Source of the DNA: Candidatus Rokuibacteriota bacterium
GTDB lineage: Bacteria > Methylomirabilota > Methylomirabilia > Rokubacteriales > CSP1-6
Direction of reading: 5' to 3'
Length of the DNA: 64,000 nt
Assembly: GCA_044869815.1 (NCBI GenBank)
Contig: JBIOXS010000189.1
Span: 5,341 to 69,340, forward strand
Numbering within the stretch: the stretch's first letter is position 1; each line of letters begins with the position of its first letter. The position numbers and the translations under genes were made by a program. Shown here piece after piece: positions 32,293-42,246 of this stretch. The notes under the pieces were generated by a model. That model made no database searches and was not told the origin of the DNA. It saw nothing but the letters and a program-made list of their open reading frames with translations.

Positions 32293-33960
32293 ATGCAGGT
32301 CGCCGCGCTGTTGATGCGCTCGCTCCGCGCCGCCGGGGTCGACTATCTCTTCGGCAATCCCGGCACGACGGAGCTGCCGTTCCTCGACGCGCTCGACGGC
32401 TCCGGCATCGACTACATCGTGGCGCTGCAGGAGGCGACGGCGGTGGCCGCCGCCGACGGCTACGCCCAGGCGAGCGGCCGGCTCGGCGTGGTCAACCTTC
32501 ACGTGGCGCCCGGCGTCGGCAACGGTCTCTCCATCCTCCACAATGCGAGCCGCGCGCGCTCGCCGCTGCTCGTCACGGCCGGGCAGCAGGACACGCGACT
32601 GCTGCTCGGCGACCCGATCCTGGCCGCCGATCTGGTCCAGCTGACCGAGCAGTTCACGAAGTGGTCGCACGAGATCCGCTCCGCCGCCGAGGCGCCGGCC
32701 GCGCTCCGCCGCGCGATCGAGCTCGCGCTGACACCGCCGACGGGGCCGGTGTTCCTCGCGCTTCCGATGGATCTCATGGCCGAGGCGGCCGATCCGGTCG
32801 CCGCGCCGGCGTCCGCGGTATGCGCGCGTCCCGAGCCGCCGCCCGATGCGATCGCCGAGGCGGCGACGCTGCTGGCGGCCGCGAGGTCGCCGGTCATCGT
32901 GGTCGGCGACGGCGTGGGGCGCTCCGGGGCTCGCGCCGAGCTCACGGCGCTGGCCGAGCTTCTCGGCGCGGCCGTGTACGGCGAGCCGATCCAGCGGCGC
33001 GCGAGCTTTCCCGCCGACCACCCGCTGTGGCGCGGCGGGCTGTTTCCGGCCGCGGCCAGCGTCCGCAAGTCGCTCGAGCGTGCCGACTGCGTCCTGATCG
33101 TCGGCGCGAGCGTCTTCACGTGGCTCTTTCACACGCCGGGACCACCGCTTCGGCCGGGCCTGCCGGTCGTGCAGCTCGACGACGACCCGCGCGAAGTGGG
33201 CAAGACGTATCCCGTCCGCCTCGGGATCGTCGCCGACGTCCGCGCCGCGCTCCGTGCGCTGCATGCGGTCCTGGACGCGCGGCTCGGCCCCGCCGAGCGC
33301 GCGGCGGCGGCCGAACGCGCCGCGGCGCTGGGCCGCGCGCGCCAGGAGTACGTCAGACGGCTGGCGGCCGACGCCGAGGCGGCCGCCGGGCGCACGCCGA
33401 TCGCGCCGGCGTTTGTCATGCACACCCTTGGCCGGCTGCTGCCGGCCGATGCCGTCGTCGTCGACGAGTCGGCCTCGTCACTGCCGCACGTCCTTCGTCA
33501 TCTGCCATTCGGGCCGCGGGCGGAGTTCTTCGGCAGCAAGACGGGCACGCTCGGCTGGGCCATGGGCGCCGCCGTGGGCGTGCAGCTCGCCTGGCCCGAG
33601 CGCGCCGTGGTGGCGACGCTCGGCGACGGATCGGTGATGTACGCACCGCAGGCGCTGTGGACGGCGGCGCGGTACCGCCTGCCCATCACCTACGTCGTCC
33701 TCAACAACACCTCGTACGCGATCTTGAAAGCGGGAATGGTGACGCTCGGGTTGCCGTCGGCCAAGCGCGGGATCTATCCCGGCATGGACCTGGTGGACCC
33801 GGAGATCGACTATCTCGCGCTCGCCCGCGCCATGGGCGTGCGGGCCGCGCGCGTGGAGAAACCGGCGGACCTGCGCGAGACGCTCGCCGAGTGTCTCGCG
33901 CATCGCGGGCCCGCGCTGGTGGACGTCGCCATCGAGCGCTCGTTCGAGCCGATGCTGTGA
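32293..33960 (+). CDS. Thiamine diphosphate-dependent enzyme, benzoylformate decarboxylase-like
   Basis: ORF 32293..33960. The N-terminus [19 protein letters not shown]...[20 protein letters not shown] closely parallels MdlC (DTVFGNPGSNELPFLKDF...[20 protein letters not shown]). GDGS...NN ThDP motif near the C-terminus. Confidence 0.75.
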   Translation: [555 protein letters not shown]

Positions 33961-35567
33961 AGCGCACGGGCGGGGAATGGGTCGTGGACGCGCTCACGCG
34001 CGAGGGCGTCCGTCACGTCTTCGGCATCCCCGGCGTGCACAATCTCGCCGTCTACGACGCGCTCCTGCGGCAGTCCGCCATCCGCCACGTCCTGGCCCGC
34101 CACGAGCAAGGCGCCGCTTTCATGGCGGACGGCTATGCCCGCGCGTCCGGCGCGCCCGGGGTGGTCATCGTCACCAGCGGGCCGGCGGCGACGAACACCA
34201 TCACGCCGCTGGCGGAGGCCTATTCGGGCTCGATCCCCGTGGTGGTGATCATGTCGGACATCGCCTCGACGCTCGTCGGCCGCGACCTGGGCGCGCTGCA
34301 CGAGGTGCCGAACCAGATCGATTGCTTCCGGCCCGTCACCCGCTGGGCGGAGGCGCTGACCGACGCCGCCGCCATCCCGACGACGATCGCCGGCGCGTTC
34401 GAGCTGCTGCGGACCGGCCGGCCCGGGCCGATGGCCGTCTCGATTCCGAACGATCTGCTCGGCGCCCAGGTCGAGGCGGCCACGCCGCCGCGCTCGGGCG
34501 CGGGCCGTCCGCCGTGTCACGTCGCCGACATCGAGGCCGCGGCGAGCGTGCTCGCGGCCGCCGCGCGGCCGCTCATCATCGCCGGCGGCGGTGTCGTCGC
34601 CGCCGGAGCTGAGACGGAGCTGACGGCGCTCGCGCGGCGGTTGCAGGCGCCGGTCGTCGCCACCGTTTCCGGGCGCGGCGCCATCTCCGAGCGCGATCCG
34701 CTCTTTCACAGCGTGCTGCCCGACCGCCGCGCCACCGCGGGCGCGCTGGCCGCCGCCGACGTCGTGCTGGCCGTCGGCACCAAGCTCGGCCACCGCTCAC
34801 TGGAGAAGCTCGGCACGGGCCTGACGGCCGGGCAGGCGCTCATCCATCTCGATCTGGATCCGGGCGTGATCGGGCGGCACTCCAAGGCGCGCCTGGCCCT
34901 CGTCGGCGATGCGCGTCACGGCCTGGCCGGTCTGGTGGCCGCGCTCGGTCCCGGCGAGGGCCAGACGCGCTGGGACCGCGCGCGACTGGCGTCCTTGCGC
35001 GCCGATGCCGGACCGCGTTTCACGCGCGAGGTCGCCGACGCCGTCGCCACGCTGCGGCGCGCGCTGCCAGACGACACGATCGTCGTGAACGACCAGACGG
35101 GCTTGACCTACTGGATGGAGCACAAGTTCCCGGTCCTGGCGCCGCGGACGTTCTTGTATCCCACGGGCTCGGCGGTTCTCGGCTACGCCGTCCCGGCGGC
35201 CATCGGCGCCAAGCTCGCTCGTCCCGATCGGCCCGTCGTCGCCGTCGCCGGAGACGGCGGGTTCATGTTCTCGGTGGCGGAGCTCGCGACGGCGGTGAAG
35301 TACCGGCTGCCGATCGTCTTCATCGTCGTCAACGACGACCGGTTCGGCGCCATCAAGTACCTGCAAGAGAAGTTCTACGGCGGCCGGTGGGGGGAGACGG
35401 ACCTGACGAATCCCGATTTCGTGGCCCTCGCGCACGCCTTCGGCGCCGGCGGCGAGCGCCTGGCCGCGCTGGATGCGCTGCCCGAGGCCGTCGCGCGCGC
35501 GCTGGCGGCCGATGGCCCGAGCCTGCTCGAGCTCAGGCTGAGTCTCGAGCCTCCGTGGGAGTTCTAG
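33957..35567 (+). CDS. Thiamine diphosphate-dependent enzyme, acetolactate synthase large-subunit-like
   Basis: In the frame of ORF 32661..35567, GTG 33957 (GTGA overlap). VRHVFGIPGVHNLAVYDAL, HEQGAAFMADGYARASG and GDGGFMFS...VVNDD motifs. Confidence 0.8.
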   Translation: MKRTGGEWVVDALTREGVRHVFGIPGVHNLAVYDALLRQSAIRHVLARHEQGAAFMADGYARASGAPGVVIVTSGPAATNTITPLAEAYSGSIPVVVIMSDIASTLVGRDLGALHEVPNQIDCFRPVTRWAEALTDAAAIPTTIAGAFELLRTGRPGPMAVSIPNDLLGAQVEAATPPRSGAGRPPCHVADIEAAASVLAAAARPLIIAGGGVVAAGAETELTALARRLQAPVVATVSGRGAISERDPLFHSVLPDRRATAGALAAADVVLAVGTKLGHRSLEKLGTGLTAGQALIHLDLDPGVIGRHSKARLALVGDARHGLAGLVAALGPGEGQTRWDRARLASLRADAGPRFTREVADAVATLRRALPDDTIVVNDQTGLTYWMEHKFPVLAPRTFLYPTGSAVLGYAVPAAIGAKLARPDRPVVAVAGDGGFMFSVAELATAVKYRLPIVFIVVNDDRFGAIKYLQEKFYGGRWGETDLTNPDFVALAHAFGAGGERLAALDALPEAVARALAADGPSLLELRLSLEPPWEF

Positions 35568-35577
35568 CGGAGAGCGC

Positions 35578-36366
35578 TCATCCGCCGCGGACCTCCTCGA
35601 GGACGCCGAGCATCTCGTCGTGGATCAGGCCGTTGGTGGCGAGCAGCGTCGGCGCCTCGACGTCGAGCGCGCCGCCGTCGACGCCGGTGATGCGACCGCC
35701 CGCCTCCTCGACGAGGACGGCGCCGGCGGCGACGTCCCACGCGCCCAGACGCAGCTCCCAGTAGCCGTCGAACCGGCCGCAGGCGACATAGGCGAGATCG
35801 ATGACGGCCGAGCCGAGCCGGCGCACCGCGCGCGCGCGCAGGCTGAAGGCGGCATACTCCACGAGGTTCGTGTCCGCGGTCTCGCGGATGTTGTAGGGAA
35901 AGCCGGTGACGAGCAGGCTGGCCCCGACCGACGCCGCGGCGGAGACGCGGATGGGCGCGTCGTTCACGGTGGCGCCGGCGCCGCGCTCGCCGACGAACAT
36001 CTCGTCGCGCGACGGGTCGTAAACGACGCCGAGCATCAGGCGGCGAGCCGCCTCGAGCGCGATCGACACGCCGAAGACCGGCAGGCCGTGGGCGTAGTTG
36101 GTGGTGCCGTCGAGCGGGTCGACGAGCCAGCGACGACCCGAGCGCCCGCCGGCCGCGCCGTGCTCCTCCGCGAGGATCGCGTCGTCCGGAAACGCGCCAC
36201 GCAGCCGCTCGAGAATCAGCGCCTCGGCGCGCTGATCCATCTCCGTGACGAGGTTGGTGGGACTGCCCTTGTAGGTAATGCGCCGGGCGCCGGAAAGCTC
36301 GTCGCGCAGGAGGCGGCCCGCCGCGCGCGCGGCGTCCACGGCCACGCGGCGCTCGAGCGATGCCAT
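35578..36366 (-). CDS. Inositol monophosphatase family protein (SuhB-like)
   Basis: ORF 35578..36366. The motifs EE...WLVDPLDGTTNY and AWDVAAG are diagnostic of the IMPase family. Confidence 0.88.
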   Translation of the reverse strand: MASLERRVAVDAARAAGRLLRDELSGARRITYKGSPTNLVTEMDQRAEALILERLRGAFPDDAILAEEHGAAGGRSGRRWLVDPLDGTTNYAHGLPVFGVSIALEAARRLMLGVVYDPSRDEMFVGERGAGATVNDAPIRVSAAASVGASLLVTGFPYNIRETADTNLVEYAAFSLRARAVRRLGSAVIDLAYVACGRFDGYWELRLGAWDVAAGAVLVEEAGGRITGVDGGALDVEAPTLLATNGLIHDEMLGVLEEVRGG

Positions 36367-36430
36367 GCTGCGGCGACTCTATCACACGCTCGCTTGACAA
36401 CCAACGGACCGTCCCGGAGCATGACGCTGA

Positions 36431-37531
36431 ATGCGTGACGTTCCCCGGGGCAAGCGGATGGTGAGCGCGCTCGGTGGCCGCCATCGGCGCGTGCCTCGCG
36501 TCCGGCCCGGCACGCCACCCGGCACGCTCGTCCCCGCCGACTCCGCGGGTCCCGGCCGCATCTCCGTGCTCACGTGGACGCGCGGCGCCGCGAGCTACGC
36601 GGACGTCCCGGATGTCGACGCCGCGCTGGCGAGGATCGGCGCCGGTGTCATCACCTGGATCAACGTCGACGGGCTCGGCGACGTCGGCACCCTGGCCAAG
36701 CTCGGCGAGCGCTTCAGCCTCCATCCGCTGGCGCTGGAGGATGTTCTCAACGTGCCGCAGCGCCCGAAGGTCGAGCGGTACGACAAGCACATGTTCGTGG
36801 TGATGCGCACCATGCGGCTGGCCGACGGCGCCATGCTCGAGGAGCAGGTGAGCCTCTTCTTCGGCGCCGACTGGCTCATCACCGTGCAGGAGCGGAGCGA
36901 CGGTGACTGCTTCGGTCCCGTGCGCGAGGCCATCCGCGCGGGCCGCGGACGGGCGCGCGAGAGCGGCGCCGACTACGTCGCCTATCTCATGCTCGACTCG
37001 GTCGTGGACGCCTACTTCCCCGTCATCGAGCATTTCGGCGAGCGCATGCAGGCGCTGGAGAGCGCCGCGCTGCAAGAGCCAGGGGAGGCGGTGCTGGTGG
37101 AGATGCAGCGGATGCGGCACGAGCTGCTCGCGCTCCGCCGCGCCGTGTGGCCCATGCGCGAGGAGCTCGCGATCCTGCTCCGGGACGACACCACGCTGAT
37201 CGGCGCCGAAACCCGCCTCTTCCTGCGCGACGTGTACGACCACGCCGTGCAGGCGCTGGAGATCGTCGAGTCGCTGCGTGAGACGGCCGTGTCGGTGATG
37301 GAGGTCTACCTCTCCGTTCAGAACCAGCACCTGAACGAGATCATCAAGGTCCTCACGATCATCGCGACCCTCTTCATCCCGCTCACGTTCATCGCGTCGA
37401 TCTACGGGATGAACTTTCGCCACATGCCCGAGCTCGAGTGGCGCTACGGCTACGCGTGGGCGCTCGGCCTGATGGCGGTCACCGCCCTCGGGCTGATCCG
37501 GTACTTCCGGCGCAAGGGCTGGTGGCGATGA
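36431..37531 (+). CDS. corA: Magnesium/cobalt transporter CorA
   Basis: ORF 36431..37531 (ATG 36458 is an alternative start). Aligns along its whole length with T. maritima CorA, including PPGTLV, HPLALEDVLNVPQRPKVE and YGMNF. Confidence 0.9.
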   Translation: MRDVPRGKRMVSALGGRHRRVPRVRPGTPPGTLVPADSAGPGRISVLTWTRGAASYADVPDVDAALARIGAGVITWINVDGLGDVGTLAKLGERFSLHPLALEDVLNVPQRPKVERYDKHMFVVMRTMRLADGAMLEEQVSLFFGADWLITVQERSDGDCFGPVREAIRAGRGRARESGADYVAYLMLDSVVDAYFPVIEHFGERMQALESAALQEPGEAVLVEMQRMRHELLALRRAVWPMREELAILLRDDTTLIGAETRLFLRDVYDHAVQALEIVESLRETAVSVMEVYLSVQNQHLNEIIKVLTIIATLFIPLTFIASIYGMNFRHMPELEWRYGYAWALGLMAVTALGLIRYFRRKGWWR

Positions 37532-38448
37532 GGATCGCCGTGGTGGGCGCGGGCGGCGTCGGCGGCTACTTCGGGGCGAAGCTGGCGCGCGCCGGCGAAT
37601 CGGTGGTGATGCTCGCCCGCGGCCCGCATCTCGACGCGATCCGCCGCGACGGCATCCGCGTGCGGTCCGCGCCGGAAGGCGAGAGCGTCGCCAAGGTCGA
37701 GGCCGTGGCGTCGTTCGCCGGGCAAGGGCCGGTCGACATCGCCCTCTTCTGCGTCAAGTCGTTCGACACGCGGAGCGCCGCCCAGGCCCTGCGGCCCGTG
37801 ATGGGGCCCTCGACCGGTGTCGTCTCGCTGCAGAACGGCGTCGACAACGAGGACGCCATCGACGAGGTCCTGGGCCGCGGGGTGGCGCTGGGCGGCGCCG
37901 CCTACGTCTTCGCCGGCATCGAGGCGCCGGGCGTGATCGTGCACAGGTTCGCCGGGCGCATCGTCTTCGGCGAGATGGACGGTCGAATCAGCGACCGCGC
38001 CACGGGCCTGCGCGAGGCGCTGGCCGGAGCCGGCGTGCCGGTCGACCTCGTGACCGACATCCGACGCGTTCTCTGGGAGAAATATCTGCTGATCAGCGCG
38101 CAGGCGGGCATGACGGCGCTCACCCGCTGCCCGGCCGGCGTGCTGCGCGAGACGCCGGAATCGTGGCGCATGTACCGCCTGATCGTCGAAGAGCTGGCCA
38201 CGCTGGCGCGCGCCGCCGGCGTGACGCTGGCCGCCGACGTCGTCGACACCGTCATGACGCAGGCGGCCGCCATCGCTCCCGACGCGTACTCCTCGCTTCA
38301 CCACGACCTCATGCAGGGCAAACGCCTCGAGCTCGAGGCGCTCCACGGCCATGCCGTGCGCCTCGGTGAGCGCCACGGCGTGCCGACGCCGATGGTCTTC
38401 GCCGTCTACGCCGCGCTCAAGCCGCACGCCGCGGGGAGGCGCGGCTGA
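37528..38448 (+). CDS. panE: 2-dehydropantoate 2-reductase (PanE/ApbA family)
   Basis: In the frame of ORF 37438..38448, ATG 37528 (ATGA overlap with corA). MRIAVVGAGGVGGYFGAKLA Rossmann N-terminus and the SSLHHDLMQGKRLELE motif. Confidence 0.85.
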   Translation: MRIAVVGAGGVGGYFGAKLARAGESVVMLARGPHLDAIRRDGIRVRSAPEGESVAKVEAVASFAGQGPVDIALFCVKSFDTRSAAQALRPVMGPSTGVVSLQNGVDNEDAIDEVLGRGVALGGAAYVFAGIEAPGVIVHRFAGRIVFGEMDGRISDRATGLREALAGAGVPVDLVTDIRRVLWEKYLLISAQAGMTALTRCPAGVLRETPESWRMYRLIVEELATLARAAGVTLAADVVDTVMTQAAAIAPDAYSSLHHDLMQGKRLELEALHGHAVRLGERHGVPTPMVFAVYAALKPHAAGRRG

Positions 38449-38468
38449 GGGGACCTGCACGCGCCGTT

Positions 38469-40166
38469 GTGCGGTACGCCGCGCGATACCGCGCGCGCTA
38501 CGCGGCGGGCGCGTCGTGCCTGCTGGCGGCGACCGGCTTCTCGCTCGCGATTCCGTGGACGGTGAAGCACGCGATCGACGCGCTCCAGGGCGGAGGTCGT
38601 TCCATCGACGGGTACGTCGGTCTCATCCTCGTTCTTGCCGCGGCCAACGGCGTCACCCGCCTGGCTTCGCGCTTCGCCATCGTCGGCTCCGGCCAGCGCG
38701 TCGAGGCCGACCTGCGCGAGGCGCTCTACCGGGCGTTCCAGTCCTTTCCACCGGAGTTCTACAACCGCCACTCGACGGGCGAGCTCATGACGCGGGCCTC
38801 CAGCGACGTCAGCGCCGTCCGGAGCCTCCTCGGCTTCGGCGTCATCGGGCTGGTGGGGACGGCGCTGGCCTTCGTCGGCGCCGTCGCCGCCATGCTCCTC
38901 GTCGATCCCTGGCTCACGCTGTGCGCGATGGCCCCGCTGCCGGTGCTCGTCGCGCTGGCGCGCCGCTTCAATGCCGAGGTGAACACCCGCACCGAGGCGA
39001 TGCAGGAGCAGCTCGGTGTGCTCTCGGGCCGGGTGCAGGAAGCCCTTGCCGGCATGGCCGTCGTTCGCGCCTACACGCTCGAGCCGCGCATGACCGCGAC
39101 CTTCGCCGCCGAGAATCGAGCGCTGCTCGATCTCAGTGTCGCCCTGGCCGCGACCCAGGCGCGCTTCACGCCGCTGATGTCGCTCATCGCCGGCGTGGGC
39201 GTGCTGATCGTACTGTGGGTGGGCGGCATCAGCGTGGCGCAGGGCCGGATCACCCTCGGCGCGCTGGTGGCCTTCAACGGCTACCTGGCCTATCTCGCAT
39301 GGCCGACGATCGCGCTCGGCCTCACCCTGTCGGTCGTCCGGCGCGGGTTGACGTCGATGGCGCGCATCGAGGAGATCGTCCAGGCGACCCGGCCGCCGGA
39401 GCCGGCGGGCGCGCCGCTGGTCGAGCCGCCATCGATCCGCTTTGCGGGATTGACGTTCGCCTATCCCGGCCGCGCGCCCGTGCTGAACGACGTGGACTTC
39501 GAGGTCGCGGCCGGGGAGGTGGTCGCCGTGGTCGGCCCGACCGGAAGCGGCAAGAGCACGCTCGGCCTCCTCCTGTCGCGCCTGTGGCCGCCACCGCCCG
39601 GCACCGTCTTCGTCGCGGGGCACGACGTGACGGGGGTGCCGCTCGGCACGCTGCGCGCGACCGTCGGCTGGGTGCCGCAGGAGGCGTTCCTGTTCTCGCG
39701 ATCGATCGAGGACAACCTCACGCTCGGGCGCGAGGGGATCGCAGCGGAGGCCGTGCGAGCGGCGGCGGCGGCCGCCGCCGTGGACGACGAGATCGAGGAT
39801 TTCCCGCAGGGCTATCGCACCATGGTCGGCGAACGGGGCCTGACCGTCTCCGGCGGCCAGCGGCAGCGCCTGGCGCTGGCGCGCGCGCTCGCGGGCGCGC
39901 CGCGCCTGCTCGTGCTCGACGACGTCTTCGCCAGCGTGGACGCCGCCACCGAGGACCGCGTCATCAAGGCGCTGCGCGCGTCCGGCCGCACGATGCTCGT
40001 GATCACCCACCGGCTGCGCGTGGCCCAGGTCGCCGACCGTGTGATCGTGCTGGAGGCGGGACGCGTCGTGGAGCGCGGCACGCACGCCGACCTCCTCGCG
40101 CGGGGCGGGCTCTACGCGCGGTTGTGGCGGATGCAACAGCTCGAGGCGGAGATCGCCCGTGCATAG
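38469..40166 (+). CDS. ABC exporter, fused permease/ATPase subunit (heterodimer partner 1)
   Basis: ORF 38469..40166 with a GTG start. Six-TM domain, then Walker A GPTGSGKST, signature LSGGQRQR and Walker B LLVLDD. Confidence 0.88.
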   Translation: MRYAARYRARYAAGASCLLAATGFSLAIPWTVKHAIDALQGGGRSIDGYVGLILVLAAANGVTRLASRFAIVGSGQRVEADLREALYRAFQSFPPEFYNRHSTGELMTRASSDVSAVRSLLGFGVIGLVGTALAFVGAVAAMLLVDPWLTLCAMAPLPVLVALARRFNAEVNTRTEAMQEQLGVLSGRVQEALAGMAVVRAYTLEPRMTATFAAENRALLDLSVALAATQARFTPLMSLIAGVGVLIVLWVGGISVAQGRITLGALVAFNGYLAYLAWPTIALGLTLSVVRRGLTSMARIEEIVQATRPPEPAGAPLVEPPSIRFAGLTFAYPGRAPVLNDVDFEVAAGEVVAVVGPTGSGKSTLGLLLSRLWPPPPGTVFVAGHDVTGVPLGTLRATVGWVPQEAFLFSRSIEDNLTLGREGIAAEAVRAAAAAAAVDDEIEDFPQGYRTMVGERGLTVSGGQRQRLALARALAGAPRLLVLDDVFASVDAATEDRVIKALRASGRTMLVITHRLRVAQVADRVIVLEAGRVVERGTHADLLARGGLYARLWRMQQLEAEIARA

Positions 40167-41946
40167 CGCGAGCGGTGAGCACGACGACGTCCTGGGGCGC
40201 GCGTTCGACCGGCGGCTGGCCGGGCGCCTGTGGGCGGTGGCACGACAGCATCACGGCCTGGTCGCGGCCGCCCTCGCGCTCTTCCCGCTGATCGCCGCCG
40301 CCGAGCTCGCGCAGCCGTATCTACTGAAGGTCGCGATCGACGACCACATCCTGACCGCCGACTGGGTGGGCCTCGCGCTCACGGCCGGCCTCTATGCGCT
40401 GACGCTGGCCGCGCTCTACGGGCTCCGCATGGTGGAGGCGTACCTCATGGCCGTGGCCGGGCAGCGGGTGACTCACGACCTGCGCGCCGCGCTGTTCGGC
40501 CACCTGCTTCGACTCGAGGCGACGTTCTTCGACCGCAACCCGGTGGGGCGGTTGATGACCCGCGTCCTCAACGACGTGGAGGCCGTGAGCGAGGCATTCA
40601 CCAGCGGACTGCTCGCGATCGCCGCCGACGTCATCACGCTCACCGGCGTCGTCGCGATCATGCTGTGGATGGACTGGCGGCTCGCGCTGGTGACCTTCGC
40701 GATCGTGCCGGTCCTCGCCGCGGCCGCCGGCTACTTCCGCCTCCGGGCCCGTGACGCGTACCGCGAGGTACGGCGGCGCCTGGCCGTGCTGAACGGCTTC
40801 CTGCAGGAATCGCTGCAAGGCATGACGGTGATCCAGCTCTTCGCGCGCGAGCGACAGGAGCTCGGCGCGTTCCGTCGCGTGAATCGCGACTACCGTCGCG
40901 CCCTCTTCGGGTCGACGGCGTTCGAGGCCTCGCTCTACGCCTCCGTGGAGGCGCTCGGCTCGGTGGCCCTGGCGCTGCTCATCTGGTACGGCGGCGCGCA
41001 GATCCTCGGCGGCGCGCTGAGCTTCGGCGCCCTCGTCGCCTTCATCCAGTACACGAGCCGCTTCTTCCTGCCGATCCGTGACCTCGGGGCCAAGTACACC
41101 GTCATGCAGTCCGCCATGGCCTCCGCCGAGCGCATCTTCGGCCTCCTGGATCGCGAGCCCCTGATCGTCTCGCCGAAGCGCGCGGCACCAGAGCCCGCAG
41201 GCCGTGCTCCAGGGATCGCGCTCGAGTTCGAGCACGTGTGGTTCTCGTACGACGGCGGCGCGCCGGTCCTCACCGATCTCTCCTTCCGGGTCGCGCACGG
41301 CGAGCACGTCGCCATCGTGGGCGCGACCGGCGAGGGGAAGAGCACGTGCGCACGGCTGCTGACGCGTGCCTACGACGTCAGCCGTGGCCGCGTGCTCGTG
41401 GATGGTGTCGACGTGCGCGAGTGGGATCTGACGCGGCTCCGCCGTCACGTCGGCACCGTGTTCCAGGACACGGTGCTCTTCACCGGCAGCGTGGCCGACA
41501 ACCTCCGCGTCGACGGCGCCGGGGATCACACGGCGGCGCTCGTCGCACTGGAGGCGGCCCATGCCGCCCGGTTCGTGGCCGCGCTGCCGGCCGGTCCCGA
41601 CGAGCCGCTCGGCGAGCGCGGCATGAAGATCTCGCACGGACAGCGTCAGCTGCTGGCCATCGCGCGAGCGCTCGTGTACAATCCCCCGGTCCTCGTTCTC
41701 GACGAGGCGACGTCGAGCGTCGATCCGGAGTCGGAATGGTTGATCCGCGAGGGCATGAAGCGCCTGCTGGCCGGCCGGACCAGCGTCACCATCGCCCACC
41801 GCCTCTCGACGATCCAGCGCGCCGACCGCATCATGGTGCTTCATCGCGGCCGCGTCCACGAGGAGGGCTCGCACGCGGAGCTGTTGCGTCGCCAGGGGCT
41901 CTACGCGCGCCTGTGGGAGCTCGGTCACGGCGTCGCGACGGGCTGA
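40159..41946 (+). CDS. ABC exporter, fused permease/ATPase subunit (heterodimer partner 2)
   Basis: ORF 40159..41946, overlapping the upstream gene by 8 nt. Walker A GATGEGKST, signature ISHGQRQL (degenerate) and Walker B VLVLDE. Confidence 0.88.
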   Translation: MHSASGEHDDVLGRAFDRRLAGRLWAVARQHHGLVAAALALFPLIAAAELAQPYLLKVAIDDHILTADWVGLALTAGLYALTLAALYGLRMVEAYLMAVAGQRVTHDLRAALFGHLLRLEATFFDRNPVGRLMTRVLNDVEAVSEAFTSGLLAIAADVITLTGVVAIMLWMDWRLALVTFAIVPVLAAAAGYFRLRARDAYREVRRRLAVLNGFLQESLQGMTVIQLFARERQELGAFRRVNRDYRRALFGSTAFEASLYASVEALGSVALALLIWYGGAQILGGALSFGALVAFIQYTSRFFLPIRDLGAKYTVMQSAMASAERIFGLLDREPLIVSPKRAAPEPAGRAPGIALEFEHVWFSYDGGAPVLTDLSFRVAHGEHVAIVGATGEGKSTCARLLTRAYDVSRGRVLVDGVDVREWDLTRLRRHVGTVFQDTVLFTGSVADNLRVDGAGDHTAALVALEAAHAARFVAALPAGPDEPLGERGMKISHGQRQLLAIARALVYNPPVLVLDEATSSVDPESEWLIREGMKRLLAGRTSVTIAHRLSTIQRADRIMVLHRGRVHEEGSHAELLRRQGLYARLWELGHGVATG

Positions 41947-42239
41947 GCTTCCGTGCGGCCGTGTATCGTCTCGTCCGCCGCGTTCCTCGCGGCACGGTCG
42001 TGACGTACGGGCAGGTCGCGGCCATGCTCGGCGCCCCGCGATCGGCCCGCGCCGTCGGGGGCGCGATGCGACGGTGCCCGGACGACGTGCCGTGGCATCG
42101 CGTGGTGAACGCCCAGGGCGGGATCAGCCGGCGGCGTCGCCTGGGATCCGTGCTGACACAGCGCATCCGCCTGGAGCAGGAGCGCGTGCCCATGCGACGC
42201 GGGCGCGTGCTGCTCGAGCGGTGCCGCTGGGAGACGTAG
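41913..42239 (+). CDS. Alkyltransferase-like (Atl1/YbaZ, MGMT DNA-binding domain) protein; start tentative
   Basis: In the frame of ORF 41238..42239, GTG 41913 or GTG 41961. [11 protein letters not shown]...VPWHRVVN reads PWHRV where active MGMTs have PCHR, the hallmark of ATL proteins. Confidence 0.7.
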   Translation: MGARSRRRDGLSFRAAVYRLVRRVPRGTVVTYGQVAAMLGAPRSARAVGGAMRRCPDDVPWHRVVNAQGGISRRRRLGSVLTQRIRLEQERVPMRRGRVLLERCRWET

Positions 42240-42246
42240 GAGCCGC

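Noticed and set aside
36367-36430. An Mg2+ (M-box) riboswitch ahead of corA.
   Set aside because: Only 64 nt separate the divergent suhB-like and corA starts, far too short for an M-box of about 160 nt. The CorA N-terminus (PPGTLV) confirms the early start.
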